Positions 46,744 through 56,369 of a stretch of 64,000 bases of DNA are shown piece by piece. The DNA lies in the NCBI GenBank assembly GCA_963662655.2, contig CAXXTU010000002.1, positions 544,001 to 608,000 of the forward strand, read 5' to 3'. Position 1 is the first letter of the stretch; each line of letters begins with the position of its first letter. The position numbers were made by a program, and so were the translations under genes. Below the pieces are notes generated by a model. It had not been told where the DNA came from. It ran no database searches and worked only from the letters and a program-made list of their open reading frames with translations. The DNA comes from Candidatus Cloacimonadales bacterium. Its GTDB lineage: Bacteria > Cloacimonadota > Cloacimonadia > Cloacimonadales > JAIOQZ01.

Positions 46744-47508
46744 ATGAGCATTGCGGACGAACTCAGCGCCAGCCTGGAAGATTATCTCGAGGCGATTTAT
46801 CATATTATAAAAGAGAAACAAGCCGCTCGCGTAAAGGATATCGCAGAGCGCTTGCAGGTTAAGGCCGCTTCCGTAACGGGTGCGATGCGCTCGCTCTCGA
46901 GCAAGGGGCTGATCAATTACGCACCGTTCGAGATCATCACCTTCACACATGAGGGAGAGGTGATCGCGAAAGACGTTGTCCGCAGGCACAACGCGCTCAA
47001 GGACTTCTTCGTGAAAGTGCTGTCGGTTGACGAGACGCTGGCAGACAGCGCGGCGTGCCAAATGGAGCACTGTATTACTAAGCCGCTGCTCGAACGCTTC
47101 ATCCAGTTTGCCGAGTTCGTGGAGGTTTGTCCGCGAGCCGGGGGCAAATGGATACGTGGGTTCGGATATTTCTGCGACCACGATTCCAGCAGGGAAAACT
47201 GCGAGCAGTGCATGCGCACGAACCTGGATGAGTTGATTGAAGAACGTAATCATAAAGGAGAAACAATGAAGGAACAATTGCGACTACGGGATATCAGGCC
47301 CGGGAAGAAGGTGAAAGTCGTGCGGATAACCCTGACGGACGCTGCCAGCCGGCGGATGGTCGAGATGGGTATGACAACCGGCACGGTGGTCGAGGTGGTT
47401 AAGGTTGCCCCGCTGGGGGACCCTGTCGATATCAAGCTCAAGGGGTACCATCTGAGCGTACGCAAGAAAGAAGCGGAAGGCATCTATGTGGAAGAAATTC
47501 CTTCATAG
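46744..47508 (+). CDS. DtxR/MntR-family metal-dependent repressor with a Cys-rich linker and C-terminal FeoA domain
   Basis: 'SLEDYLEAIY', 'ARVKDIAERL.V..ASVT', 'RRH', 'ACQMEH' and FeoA 'RRMVEMG...VKVAPLGDP....KGY.LS.RK.EA'. Confidence 0.92.
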   Translation: MSIADELSASLEDYLEAIYHIIKEKQAARVKDIAERLQVKAASVTGAMRSLSSKGLINYAPFEIITFTHEGEVIAKDVVRRHNALKDFFVKVLSVDETLADSAACQMEHCITKPLLERFIQFAEFVEVCPRAGGKWIRGFGYFCDHDSSRENCEQCMRTNLDELIEERNHKGETMKEQLRLRDIRPGKKVKVVRITLTDAASRRMVEMGMTTGTVVEVVKVAPLGDPVDIKLKGYHLSVRKKEAEGIYVEEIPS

Positions 47509-47785
47509 AGGGAGAAGGCATCTCCACGCGCACGTCGCTGCGCACTGTGATCACTCCTGCCCGATGGCTTTTCCGCTGTCGTTCTGCAAGGCCGGACAGC
47601 AGGTAACCGTACAGTGTGTATGGGGTGGAATCGAGATGAAGAATCGGCTGGAAGCGATGGGCTTCACGCCCGGAACTCCGGTTTCGATCGTGTGCGCGCA
47701 TCACCACGGACCTTTCATCGTAAAGGTGCGCGACAGCCAGATCGCCCTCGGAAAAGGAATGAGTCACAAGATTCAGGTGGCATAA
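47486..47785 (+). CDS. feoA: Ferrous iron transport protein A with a His/Cys-rich N-terminus
   Basis: 'RLEAMGFTPGT', 'GPFIVKVRDSQIALG.GMS.KI.V'; directly upstream of feoB. Confidence 0.85.
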   Translation: MWKKFLHRGRRHLHAHVAAHCDHSCPMAFPLSFCKAGQQVTVQCVWGGIEMKNRLEAMGFTPGTPVSIVCAHHHGPFIVKVRDSQIALGKGMSHKIQVA

Positions 47786-47802
47786 TTTTTTTGTCATTAA
47801 AG

Positions 47803-47816
47803 TTAGGCACGCCTAA
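47803..47816. promoter_or_regulatory. Second DtxR-family box (TTAGGCACGCCTAA) before feoB
   Basis: Same TTAGGC-NN-GCCTAA palindrome as 46695-46708. Confidence 0.7.
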
Positions 47817-47847
47817 AAACATTAGCATTAGCTATAGCGGAGGATGA

Positions 47848-49971
47848 ATGAAAAAATCCATTACCATCGCGCTTGCCGGTAACCCGAATGCCGGAAAGAC
47901 GACGATATTCAATAACATAACCGGCGCACGGCAGCATGTGGGAAACTACCCGGGCGTCACGGTTGAAAGAAAAGAAGGTTTCAAGGAGTACAAAGATTAC
48001 GAATTCAAGGTGGTCGATCTCCCGGGGACATACAGCCTTACGGCCTATTCCCAGGAAGAGGTTATCGCCCGGAACTTTCTCATCGACGATAAACCGGATG
48101 TGGTGATCGACATCATCGACACCTCCAACCTTGAGCGCAACCTTTACCTTGGCGTCCAACTCATCGAGATGGGCGTTCCGCTTCTGTTCGCGTTCAACAT
48201 GAGCGACGTCGCTGCCGCGAAGGGTTACGAATTCGATCTGAGAAAGCTCTCGTCATTGCTTGGGGTGCCGATCGTCAGTACGACGGGCCACAAGAACAAG
48301 GGAACGATGGAGTTGCTCGACGCGGCGATAGCGGTTCACGAGAAGCAGAAGAAGGCGGATCCGCTGATTATCCGCTACGGGAGCAAGATCAACGAAGCGC
48401 TCGAAGAGTTGTCCGAGGCGATCTATGCCAACCAGAAGGTGAGCTGCGAGCAGGCACGATGGATTGCATTGAAGATGCTCGAGGCTGATGAGGATGTGCT
48501 GGAACGCTATCTGAAAGAAAACATACATAACACATTCAACACCATCAAGGAGCATCTTGAGCCCCGACTGGAGGAACTGCTCCCGACCGCGATCGCCTCG
48601 CATCGTTACGGAATGATTTCCGGTGCGTGTACGCAGGCAGTGCGTTCGACAATCGAGCGAAGGCACTCGGTATCGGATGTGATCGACATGGTGGCGACAA
48701 ACCGATTCCTGGGAATCCCGATATTCCTGGGCCTGATGTATCTGGTTTTCTGGTTGACGTTTACGGTTGGCGCACCGCTCATGGACTGGATGGACATGGG
48801 TTTCGGCTGGCTGGGAGACACCGTGAGCGGATGGTGGGCGCCGGGCTCGGAAAGCGCGCTTCGCTCGCTGATGGTCGATGGAATCATCGGCGGGGTCGGT
48901 GGGGTATTGATCTTTCTGCCTAATATTCTGCTGCTCTTTCTGGCGATCGCTATCCTGGAAGACTCCGGTTATATGGCGAGAGCCGCATTTATCATGGACC
49001 GCCTGATGCACAAGATCGGTTTGCACGGCAAGAGCTTCATCCCGATGCTCATCGGCTTCGGCTGCTCGGTGCCGGCGATCATGGCGACCAGAACTCTGGA
49101 TAACCGTCGCGACCGCCTGGTGACCATGATGGTGGTTCCGCTCATGAGTTGCGGAGCGAGGCTCCCGATCTACGCACTGATCATTCCGGCGTTTTTCCCG
49201 CAAGCGTGGCACGCGCCCATGCTCTGGATCATCTACGTAATCGGGATTCTGCTGGCGATTATCAGCGCGAAGCTTCTTCGCTCCACCATTCTCAAAGGTA
49301 AATCGGTGCCGTTCCTGATGGAGCTCCCGCCGTACCGCATGCCCACGATCAAGGGTATTTTCACCCACATGTGGCAACGTGGCTGGCTCTATCTGAAGAA
49401 GGCAGGAACTATCATTCTCGGTTTCGCTATACTCATGTGGATTATCACGACCTACCCGCAGAAGGCTGTCTTCGATCGTGACTACGACGCTGAAATTGCG
49501 CAAATCGAACAGACAACGACCCTCACCCAGGAGCAGATCGACGACCAAATCGGCAAGATCGAAAACCAGCGTGGAGCAGAAGCGCTTTCATATACGGTGG
49601 CCGGGCGCATTGGACATTTCCTCGAGCCCGTTATCAAGCCGATGGGATTCGACTGGCGGATCGGCACGGCGATGATCGGGGCGTTTGCAGCGAAGGAGCT
49701 CTTCGTGGCGCAGCTTGGGATTGTGTATTCGGTAGGAGAGGCAGACGAGGAATCGGAGAGCTTGCGAGACAAGCTCCGGGAGCATTACACGCCGTTGATC
49801 GGCTTTGCGATCATGCTGTTTTCACTCATAAGCATGCCGTGTATGGCAACGGTTGCCGTGACCAAGCGGGAAAGTAACTCGTGGAAATGGGCGTTGTTCC
49901 AGGTCGCGGGATTAACCATCATGGCCTGGATTGTCACGACCATCGTGTACCAGGTGGGCTCGCTATTTTAA
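47848..49971 (+). CDS. feoB: Ferrous iron transport protein B
   Basis: GNPNAGKT, NYPGVTVE, DLPGTYSL, 'LEDSGYMARAAF', 'GFGCSVPA', 'MSCGARLP' and 'PC.AT'. Confidence 0.97.
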   Translation: MKKSITIALAGNPNAGKTTIFNNITGARQHVGNYPGVTVERKEGFKEYKDYEFKVVDLPGTYSLTAYSQEEVIARNFLIDDKPDVVIDIIDTSNLERNLYLGVQLIEMGVPLLFAFNMSDVAAAKGYEFDLRKLSSLLGVPIVSTTGHKNKGTMELLDAAIAVHEKQKKADPLIIRYGSKINEALEELSEAIYANQKVSCEQARWIALKMLEADEDVLERYLKENIHNTFNTIKEHLEPRLEELLPTAIASHRYGMISGACTQAVRSTIERRHSVSDVIDMVATNRFLGIPIFLGLMYLVFWLTFTVGAPLMDWMDMGFGWLGDTVSGWWAPGSESALRSLMVDGIIGGVGGVLIFLPNILLLFLAIAILEDSGYMARAAFIMDRLMHKIGLHGKSFIPMLIGFGCSVPAIMATRTLDNRRDRLVTMMVVPLMSCGARLPIYALIIPAFFPQAWHAPMLWIIYVIGILLAIISAKLLRSTILKGKSVPFLMELPPYRMPTIKGIFTHMWQRGWLYLKKAGTIILGFAILMWIITTYPQKAVFDRDYDAEIAQIEQTTTLTQEQIDDQIGKIENQRGAEALSYTVAGRIGHFLEPVIKPMGFDWRIGTAMIGAFAAKELFVAQLGIVYSVGEADEESESLRDKLREHYTPLIGFAIMLFSLISMPCMATVAVTKRESNSWKWALFQVAGLTIMAWIVTTIVYQVGSLF

Positions 49972-49989
49972 GCGAAAGGAACGAAGAAT

Positions 49990-50175
49990 ATGGAAATGAT
50001 AATCATTATACTGCTCGGGCTGGGTTCCGCGATCTTTCTCGGCTACAAGCTTCGCAAGAGCTTTCAGGGGGAGACGGAATGCTGCGGAACCTCTCAGTGT
50101 AGCGGCAATTGCAAGAGCTGCGCTCTGCTGGAGCAGGCGCGGCTGGATATACATCAAGGAAAGGAAGACAAATGA
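49990..50175 (+). CDS. FeoB-associated Cys-rich membrane protein
   Basis: N-terminal TM helix followed by CC...C..NC..C, immediately after feoB. Confidence 0.75.
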   Translation: MEMIIIILLGLGSAIFLGYKLRKSFQGETECCGTSQCSGNCKSCALLEQARLDIHQGKEDK

Positions 50176-51188
50176 AGAACGTAATAATAATCATGATTGC
50201 GCTTGCGATCGCTCAGACGGCCTTTGCGGAAATACCGATGCCGAATCTGCATTATAACATCATGCTGGATGCGAAGTTCTACAGTGGCGACGGGGCGAAC
50301 GAAGGAACGTACGACACCACCAATCGCTACCAGATCCGTAAGGCATCGGTTGCGGCAGAAGGCGAGCTTACAGATCGCGTGACCTACGGCGTGGAGTATG
50401 GAATATCGACATGCGTGGGAACCAGCGACCAGCTCAAGCTGATGGAAGCGGAGGTGATGTACGCGGTTTTCGACAACATTCACGTTGGGATCAAGCAAGG
50501 TCATGTGCTCCGGGGTTTTGCGTCCAGGACAGAATGTCCTGCTCGTCTTTCCATGGAGAAGCCGGTATTCCAGAAGACATTTGGCGCATGTCATCCGCTC
50601 GGAGTGGTCGCCGGCGGTTACTTCGAGATGGGTGACAACATGGGGTTGGAGGCGGAACTCGCGCTCATGAACGGGGCGAACGGTACGCTTGATGGCGAGC
50701 ACGACTACAACTTCGGTATAATTTTCGAAACACCGGTGTCCGGACTCGCGGTTACAGGATCCTATAATCATGTGGAACGCCAATATTACGATGAAAGTTA
50801 CCAGCAATACTCGGAAGACGGTTCTCGTTATGGTGGCGGCGTCAACTACCAGAATTACAATGTGTGGGCGACTGCCGAGTATTTCACCGGCGAAGGTTTC
50901 GAGCGGGACGACCAGAAGATGAACGCTTGGTATACCCAGCTCGGATACGATATTCGAATTGGATTGGAACGGCTTTCATCCGTTCAGCCGTACGTGATGT
51001 ACGAATCTTGGGACCGTGATGTCGATGCGGACGATGAGCAACTTTACGAGTATCTCGAGGCCGGATTGAACATCAAGATTTCCGCCAACACGATGCTGCG
51101 TGGCGCGTGGCGTACCAATCAGACGGCTCCCGACGGAGTGGTCGAAGAGCCTGAAAGCGTAATCATCCGGTTACAAACCGGATTCTAA
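50172..51188 (+). CDS. Putative outer-membrane porin (OprO/OprP-like beta-barrel)
   Basis: Signal peptide, amphipathic strands ('RYQIRKA', 'AEYF.G', 'WYTQLGY') and terminal 'RLQTGF'. ATGA overlap at 50172. Confidence 0.65.
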   Translation: MKNVIIIMIALAIAQTAFAEIPMPNLHYNIMLDAKFYSGDGANEGTYDTTNRYQIRKASVAAEGELTDRVTYGVEYGISTCVGTSDQLKLMEAEVMYAVFDNIHVGIKQGHVLRGFASRTECPARLSMEKPVFQKTFGACHPLGVVAGGYFEMGDNMGLEAELALMNGANGTLDGEHDYNFGIIFETPVSGLAVTGSYNHVERQYYDESYQQYSEDGSRYGGGVNYQNYNVWATAEYFTGEGFERDDQKMNAWYTQLGYDIRIGLERLSSVQPYVMYESWDRDVDADDEQLYEYLEAGLNIKISANTMLRGAWRTNQTAPDGVVEEPESVIIRLQTGF

Positions 51189-51199
51189 TTCAAGGAGAG

Positions 51200-52087
51200 A
51201 TGATGAAAAAGAAAGCGACAATTCTCTTTTTTGCGCTCGTTATCGCGATCGGAATGTTCGCGGAAACGGTAACGCTCGAACCGAGCGACGACATGTACAC
51301 CGACGCAGAACATCCGGGTGAAAGTCCGGTGATTACCGAACTCTGGACTGCCGACTTCAGCGCATCAGGGCATTTCGAACGCATTATGATCCGGTTCGAT
51401 GTTGATGATTTTCACAACGTGAACCTCCAATCAGCCACGCTTCATCTTACTCGTTTTTATAGCTGTCCATCGGGAGGAACAACTGCGGCGACTTTCTATG
51501 CGATTGACGAAGTGTGGGACGAAGAAACCTGGAATCACACGCAGCATATCGCATACAATAGCGCTGTTTCCATGCCATACGTGTTCAGCGGAACCGGCGG
51601 AAATGCAATCGTCGATTTCGAGGTCGATGTGACGGAATTCATTCGTACCTGGATAGAGAATGATCTAACAAACAACGGTTTTGTCATTTTGGCAAACAGC
51701 AATCAGAAGTTTTCCAAGTTCTACTCCAAGGAACACGTAAACAGCGATTACCATCCAACGCTGACGCTCAACTACGAGGCGTCGGCAAGTCAGGAAGATG
51801 AAATGACTCCCTACGAAGTCACTGCCATGAACTTCCCCAATCCGTTTAATCCGCAAACCACGATCAGCTATTCCATTCCCCAAGACTCCCTCGTCCGCGT
51901 GGATATTTTCGATGTCCGCGGTCGCCTTGTCTATGAGATGTGTGAAGGTTATCAATCACAGGGGCAACATCAGGTAACCTGGGATGGGAAGAACCGATCG
52001 GGGAAAACGGCTGCAAGCGGAGTGTATTACTATCGGATTACAACCAATCGCGGCACGATTACAAGGCCGATGGTCATGCTTAAATGA
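51200..52087 (+). CDS. Exported protein with a DNRLRE/CBM96-like domain and FlgD-Ig C-terminal domain
   Basis: 'LEPSDDMY', 'IRFDV...SATLHL', 'W.E.TWN', 'DVT..IR.W...NNGF' and 'FYSKE....PTL.L.Y', then NFPNPFNP...SGVYYY...MLK. Confidence 0.75.
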   Translation: MMKKKATILFFALVIAIGMFAETVTLEPSDDMYTDAEHPGESPVITELWTADFSASGHFERIMIRFDVDDFHNVNLQSATLHLTRFYSCPSGGTTAATFYAIDEVWDEETWNHTQHIAYNSAVSMPYVFSGTGGNAIVDFEVDVTEFIRTWIENDLTNNGFVILANSNQKFSKFYSKEHVNSDYHPTLTLNYEASASQEDEMTPYEVTAMNFPNPFNPQTTISYSIPQDSLVRVDIFDVRGRLVYEMCEGYQSQGQHQVTWDGKNRSGKTAASGVYYYRITTNRGTITRPMVMLK

Positions 52088-52566
52088 GTCGATTTCTCAT
52101 CTTATGGCTAGCATCTCTGCTGCCTGCTCTACTCCTCGGAGGGCAGGCAGCTCCCTTGTCAGACGAAGGATTACTGAGGATGGCAAGGGAAGCGCTCGGT
52201 GCAGAGAGTTGTGAACTGGTGAAAAAAGATTCTTGCCGGGCCGCTGCGGTAACGGAGCAAGGCAAGATAGAGCAGTTGTGTGTGCTGAGCGACGACTACT
52301 GCTGCATCCGGGGATACAACGGGATCACGCGCCTGGGGATTGTCTTCGACGGTGATGGAACCGTGCAGTCCGTTTGGATTATCGATAGCGAGGATACGCC
52401 TTCCTTCGTAAGAAGGATCAAGCGATCGAGTTTTCCAAACCAGTTCAACGGCTATCACGGGGAAAGGTCTCTCAATACGGTGACCGGCGCAACGATAACC
52501 AGTCAGGCGATTCTACAGACGGTCGGAAGGGTACGCGAGAGAGTAGTCGAAGTCTTTTTGCAGTAA
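52084..52566 (+). CDS. Extracytoplasmic FMN-binding domain protein
   Basis: Signal peptide, 'GYNG', 'SEDTPSF' and 'TVTGATITS' ([S/T]GA[S/T] flavinylation motif). Confidence 0.8.
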   Translation: MSRFLILWLASLLPALLLGGQAAPLSDEGLLRMAREALGAESCELVKKDSCRAAAVTEQGKIEQLCVLSDDYCCIRGYNGITRLGIVFDGDGTVQSVWIIDSEDTPSFVRRIKRSSFPNQFNGYHGERSLNTVTGATITSQAILQTVGRVRERVVEVFLQ

Positions 52567-52574
52567 TGGATTCT

Positions 52575-53018
52575 TTATTGATCTGGCTTTACACGTTGAA
52601 GCTTCAATCGATTTAAAAACGGCTTGGGATATGTCCAGGGCGCGGTTATCATGATTGATCCCACTAGTTGATCGTGCTCCAAATTGAATGGTATTGTAAA
52701 CGTTCGATGTGTTAAATTATCATCAGGGAAGGTTTTCCCTTCGATAAAACCGTTTGTGATAATGAAGTCTGTCTTCATGTTGAGCTTCCTGCAAATCGCT
52801 CCCCGATTCGATTTTACGATGCAATTTTTAAGAACCGCGTCACCCACAGACCCGGTTACGGTATTATCCGGGTGTATCGTGATATCAACGGGAATGTCCA
52901 CATTCTTACTTTTCCAGTGTCCCAAGTAACTCCATTGACAGTATAACGATATGGGAAGCGGTGTAGAGCAGGATAAAACAAGCGATATCAGAGTAAGCAG
53001 GAATAGAGTATTTCTCAT
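52575..53018 (-). CDS. Hypothetical lipoprotein
   Basis: Lipobox-like 'VLSC' and a GGAGG RBS. Confidence 0.6.
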   Translation of the reverse strand: MRNTLFLLTLISLVLSCSTPLPISLYCQWSYLGHWKSKNVDIPVDITIHPDNTVTGSVGDAVLKNCIVKSNRGAICRKLNMKTDFIITNGFIEGKTFPDDNLTHRTFTIPFNLEHDQLVGSIMITAPWTYPKPFLNRLKLQRVKPDQ

Positions 53019-53247
53019 ATGGATTCCTCCATAAATACAACCACTATTTATTAAGCATGTTTCATAAAATGTCGATATCGGCGTGGAGCCTTCGCCCGAT
53101 CAGCCCGTTCCGCCGTGGATATAACACGATTCCATGCGTGAAGGTCGATTTCCAGCAAAACAAAGTATTCCTCACGCATTGCATCGTGTAACACCACGTC
53201 TTCACGTTCTGATCGAACGAATTCTCTCACGCCTTGCTGTAATGGTA

Positions 53248-56200
53248 TCATTTAAGCAGCAGGCATTTCCTGGTCGGCATCGCCTTGCCGTCGATCTGGA
53301 GACGGTACAGGTAGATACCGCTTGCGACTGCCTTGTTCTGTTCGTCGTCACCGTGCCAGACGTAATTGTATCGACCTGCATCGTGATTACCGCTGGCGAT
53401 GGTGCGAATCCTCTGCCCTCTGATATTGAATACTTGTAAAACGACTTCCGCCTTCTTTTTCAGATCGAAGGAGAAGGTTGTTTCGGGATTGAATGGATTC
53501 GGATAATTCTGCAGGAGGCGATCCATGCACGGGAGTATGTCGTCGGAATCGACGTCGATGTTTTCGAAGATGCTCGCCTGATCGAAGACCGCTTCAGCGA
53601 CGACGTTGTCGTCATGAGCCGAGAGCGCGATGCCGGCAAAGGCTTCCGTGTTCATCTGGATATCGATGCCGTTTCCCATGATAACCCATTCGTCCGGGTC
53701 TTCTTCTTCAGAATAATAGGCCCGGAAGAAATTACCGATTCGAACCAGCCGCAGCCATTTTGGGCCTCCCGTGCCTCCGGTGGTGTAACCGATCCACGAA
53801 GCGCTTTCGCCGTCCTCGGTTCGATACTGGAAGGTGACATGATTGTCGGTAATCTGCATGGCGAGCGCAAATGCAGATCCCGGATCGCTCCAGTCATTTC
53901 TCATCATGATGCCGGCTTTCGTCCAGTCTTCCTGGCTATCAACCGACACGCAGCGAATTATGAAGTCGGTGTCTCCTTCGAACTTCTTGAAAACGTAGTG
54001 GAGTTCGTCGGAAGAATTCCAGATATCCGCGCCAGATGCAGTGACCGAGTATGTTTCGTCCAGAAATGAAACGTTTCCGGCGGTATTCACTTCGCCAACA
54101 TCTAGATGGTTCGTGAATAAACCGAGTCCGCTTTGACCAGTGGTGAAGCTCCAGACTTCCCCGGTCGTTGTGCCCATGTTACTTACCGGATCGATCCGCC
54201 AGAAGTACTGTGTTCCGGGTTGGATTCCCTGTGGTTTATAATAAGGCGCGGTGGTGCTTGTAACCTGATCGAGTTGCTGGGTTGTACCGAAATAGACGTT
54301 GTACGAATCCGCGTTGGACGATGGCGCCCAGAGCAGGGCGCAGTTCGACGGAGCGTTAGCCTCTCCGTCGACAGGATTGGGATTGGCCACCTGCTGGGGC
54401 GGTAGACCCACGTTCCAGTCGAAGACTGCGGTGGCAGGCTCGGAGCGTTCGCCGTCAAGTCCTATCGCGAAAACTTCGAGCGTGGTTTGCAGCTCATCGG
54501 GAATGCGATGGATTTCGGGAATAAAGCAGGCTTCCGAGCAGCATCCCCACAGGAACTGGCGGTTCCCGTCGGGCTTGACGCGATAGACGTGGTAGGTCTG
54601 GACGTCGTCGGTCGATGCGTCCCAACGGAGCCGGATGGAGGCCATATTCAGTTCGTCTTCGGCCTTGCTGTCGATTACCACATTCATGGGCGCTGCCGGT
54701 GGCGTTGGTTCTCCCGTGTAGATCCGCATACCTCCAATCTTTATCTCGAAGTCGTTCATTGGGTTGCTCCAATGCAGAGCAAGCCATTCGAGAACACCGC
54801 GATCGCTTCCAGAGAGCGTGAAGGTTGAAGTATGCCATTCGCCATCGGGAGCAGAATCAAAGTCGCTATTCAAAGAGAACGAATCTTCATATTTTATTTC
54901 AAGGACCATCCCGTGATCTCCGCCTGCAGGATATTTCCATGTAATATCTAGATGGGTGTTTGGCTGGAGGTCGATATGTGTTTCCATTAAATAAATCCAG
55001 TTTGTACTGGTAAAATCACCGGTGATTTTGATACAGTTTCCGCCCTGCCATGCGTCCGTCCAATCGAATTCCGGATAAAGCAATTCTCCATCACCATTCA
55101 TTCTCCAACGATGAGTTGGGAGAACATCTTGCATCGCCCGGTTATACCACGCCTGATCGGAGGTCTGCACGCCGTCGGTAAACCAGCCGTAGCCCTGGCC
55201 GGTACAGAAGTTCGTGCTGAATGGCGTTTGCGTTACTGCGCGATCTGCAGGTATATAGTTGGCGATTCCCTTCCAGTCGTCGGTCGTTTCTGTGTTGAGG
55301 GGATCGCGGTTTGCCCCGACCCAGAAACGGCTGGCTCGTTCGTAGTAGTCTTGCAGGTCTGTCGAGCTTTCGTAACACCAGCTTGGGCAATATAGTCCGA
55401 CAGACAGATTGTGCGGTGCGCTTTCAGGTAATAGCAGCGACCAGTTTGCGTTTGTATTGTAGCCATTCGCCTGGACGTCGATGCCTGCATAGAGTTCGTA
55501 TTGGCTGCGGCCCAGGGCAATTGCGTTGGTCACGGAGGTGGCGACATCGTTGCTGTTCCATCCGAAGTCGAGGAACATGGTTTCCGAGACAAGCTGGTCA
55601 CCGTACTGAAAGAACATATCGTTGTTCTCGTTGAGCTGTTCCTGCCAGGAGACGGATCCCGACTCGGTCATTGCGTCATACCACATCAACTCAAGATCGG
55701 AATTCTGCTGGAAGTAGATCATGAAGTCTCGCATCGCTTCGGCTGTCGCGGCATTTCCGCCGGCGGTCTCCTGATTGATGAACCAACCGTCGAAGCCGTA
55801 GTACTCGCAGACTTGGATCAGCTTGTCCGCTACAGGGTACGTCTCGCCTTCCATCTGCAGGAGGTCGTTGACCCACTGAATCTGCCCTCCGTATGCGGTG
55901 GGCGGGAAGAATATTGTTCCGAGTATGGGGACGCCGTTACGGTGTGCCGCAGCGATGACATCCGTGGTGGGAGCGAGGATCAGGCCTTCTCCCGCAGAAC
56001 CGCCCCAGAATACGAAACGATCGGTGTATTGCCAGAAGTGGAATGCCGGACCTTCCGCCTCTGGCCACCCCTGCGACGGGTTATTGCTGGTCCCTGCGCT
56101 GATATAGAGATTGGCAACACGCCCCGCGTTGGGGTAATTGTTGCTGTTGTCCACCCGATAAGGGATATAACGATCGGCCAACGGAACGATACAACGGTTG

Positions 56201-56352
56201 TACGGCGCGTCGGGATCAGCCTCCGGGGACCAGTTCAGAAGCGTATTGGGGTGCCAGTAGGAAGCATAGGGTTGATTGGATGGATACGCCAGCAGGCTCG
56301 TTGCAATGGCCAATAATGCAAGAATCAATAAACAGCTTCGATTGTCTCTCAT
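53248..56352 (-). CDS. Exported endo-beta-N-acetylglucosaminidase (GH85) with Fn3/beta-sandwich modules and FlgD-Ig tail
   Basis: 'FWQYTD.FV.WGGS.GEG', 'AAHRNGVPILGT', 'YGFDGWFINQET' and 'WYDAM'; tail NYPNPFNP...KCLLLK. ATG at 56352. Confidence 0.9.
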   Translation of the reverse strand: MRDNRSCLLILALLAIATSLLAYPSNQPYASYWHPNTLLNWSPEADPDAPYNRCIVPLADRYIPYRVDNSNNYPNAGRVANLYISAGTSNNPSQGWPEAEGPAFHFWQYTDRFVFWGGSAGEGLILAPTTDVIAAAHRNGVPILGTIFFPPTAYGGQIQWVNDLLQMEGETYPVADKLIQVCEYYGFDGWFINQETAGGNAATAEAMRDFMIYFQQNSDLELMWYDAMTESGSVSWQEQLNENNDMFFQYGDQLVSETMFLDFGWNSNDVATSVTNAIALGRSQYELYAGIDVQANGYNTNANWSLLLPESAPHNLSVGLYCPSWCYESSTDLQDYYERASRFWVGANRDPLNTETTDDWKGIANYIPADRAVTQTPFSTNFCTGQGYGWFTDGVQTSDQAWYNRAMQDVLPTHRWRMNGDGELLYPEFDWTDAWQGGNCIKITGDFTSTNWIYLMETHIDLQPNTHLDITWKYPAGGDHGMVLEIKYEDSFSLNSDFDSAPDGEWHTSTFTLSGSDRGVLEWLALHWSNPMNDFEIKIGGMRIYTGEPTPPAAPMNVVIDSKAEDELNMASIRLRWDASTDDVQTYHVYRVKPDGNRQFLWGCCSEACFIPEIHRIPDELQTTLEVFAIGLDGERSEPATAVFDWNVGLPPQQVANPNPVDGEANAPSNCALLWAPSSNADSYNVYFGTTQQLDQVTSTTAPYYKPQGIQPGTQYFWRIDPVSNMGTTTGEVWSFTTGQSGLGLFTNHLDVGEVNTAGNVSFLDETYSVTASGADIWNSSDELHYVFKKFEGDTDFIIRCVSVDSQEDWTKAGIMMRNDWSDPGSAFALAMQITDNHVTFQYRTEDGESASWIGYTTGGTGGPKWLRLVRIGNFFRAYYSEEEDPDEWVIMGNGIDIQMNTEAFAGIALSAHDDNVVAEAVFDQASIFENIDVDSDDILPCMDRLLQNYPNPFNPETTFSFDLKKKAEVVLQVFNIRGQRIRTIASGNHDAGRYNYVWHGDDEQNKAVASGIYLYRLQIDGKAMPTRKCLLLK

Positions 56353-56369
56353 AAAGCCCTCCCGATTTT

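Noticed and set aside
48253..49548. 431-aa minus-strand ORF
   Set aside because: It is the antisense shadow of feoB and has no recognisable motifs.
53051..53251. 66-aa ORF overlapping the GH85 stop codon
   Set aside because: An ATGA overlap is present, but there is no clear RBS and no recognisable feature, so support is insufficient.
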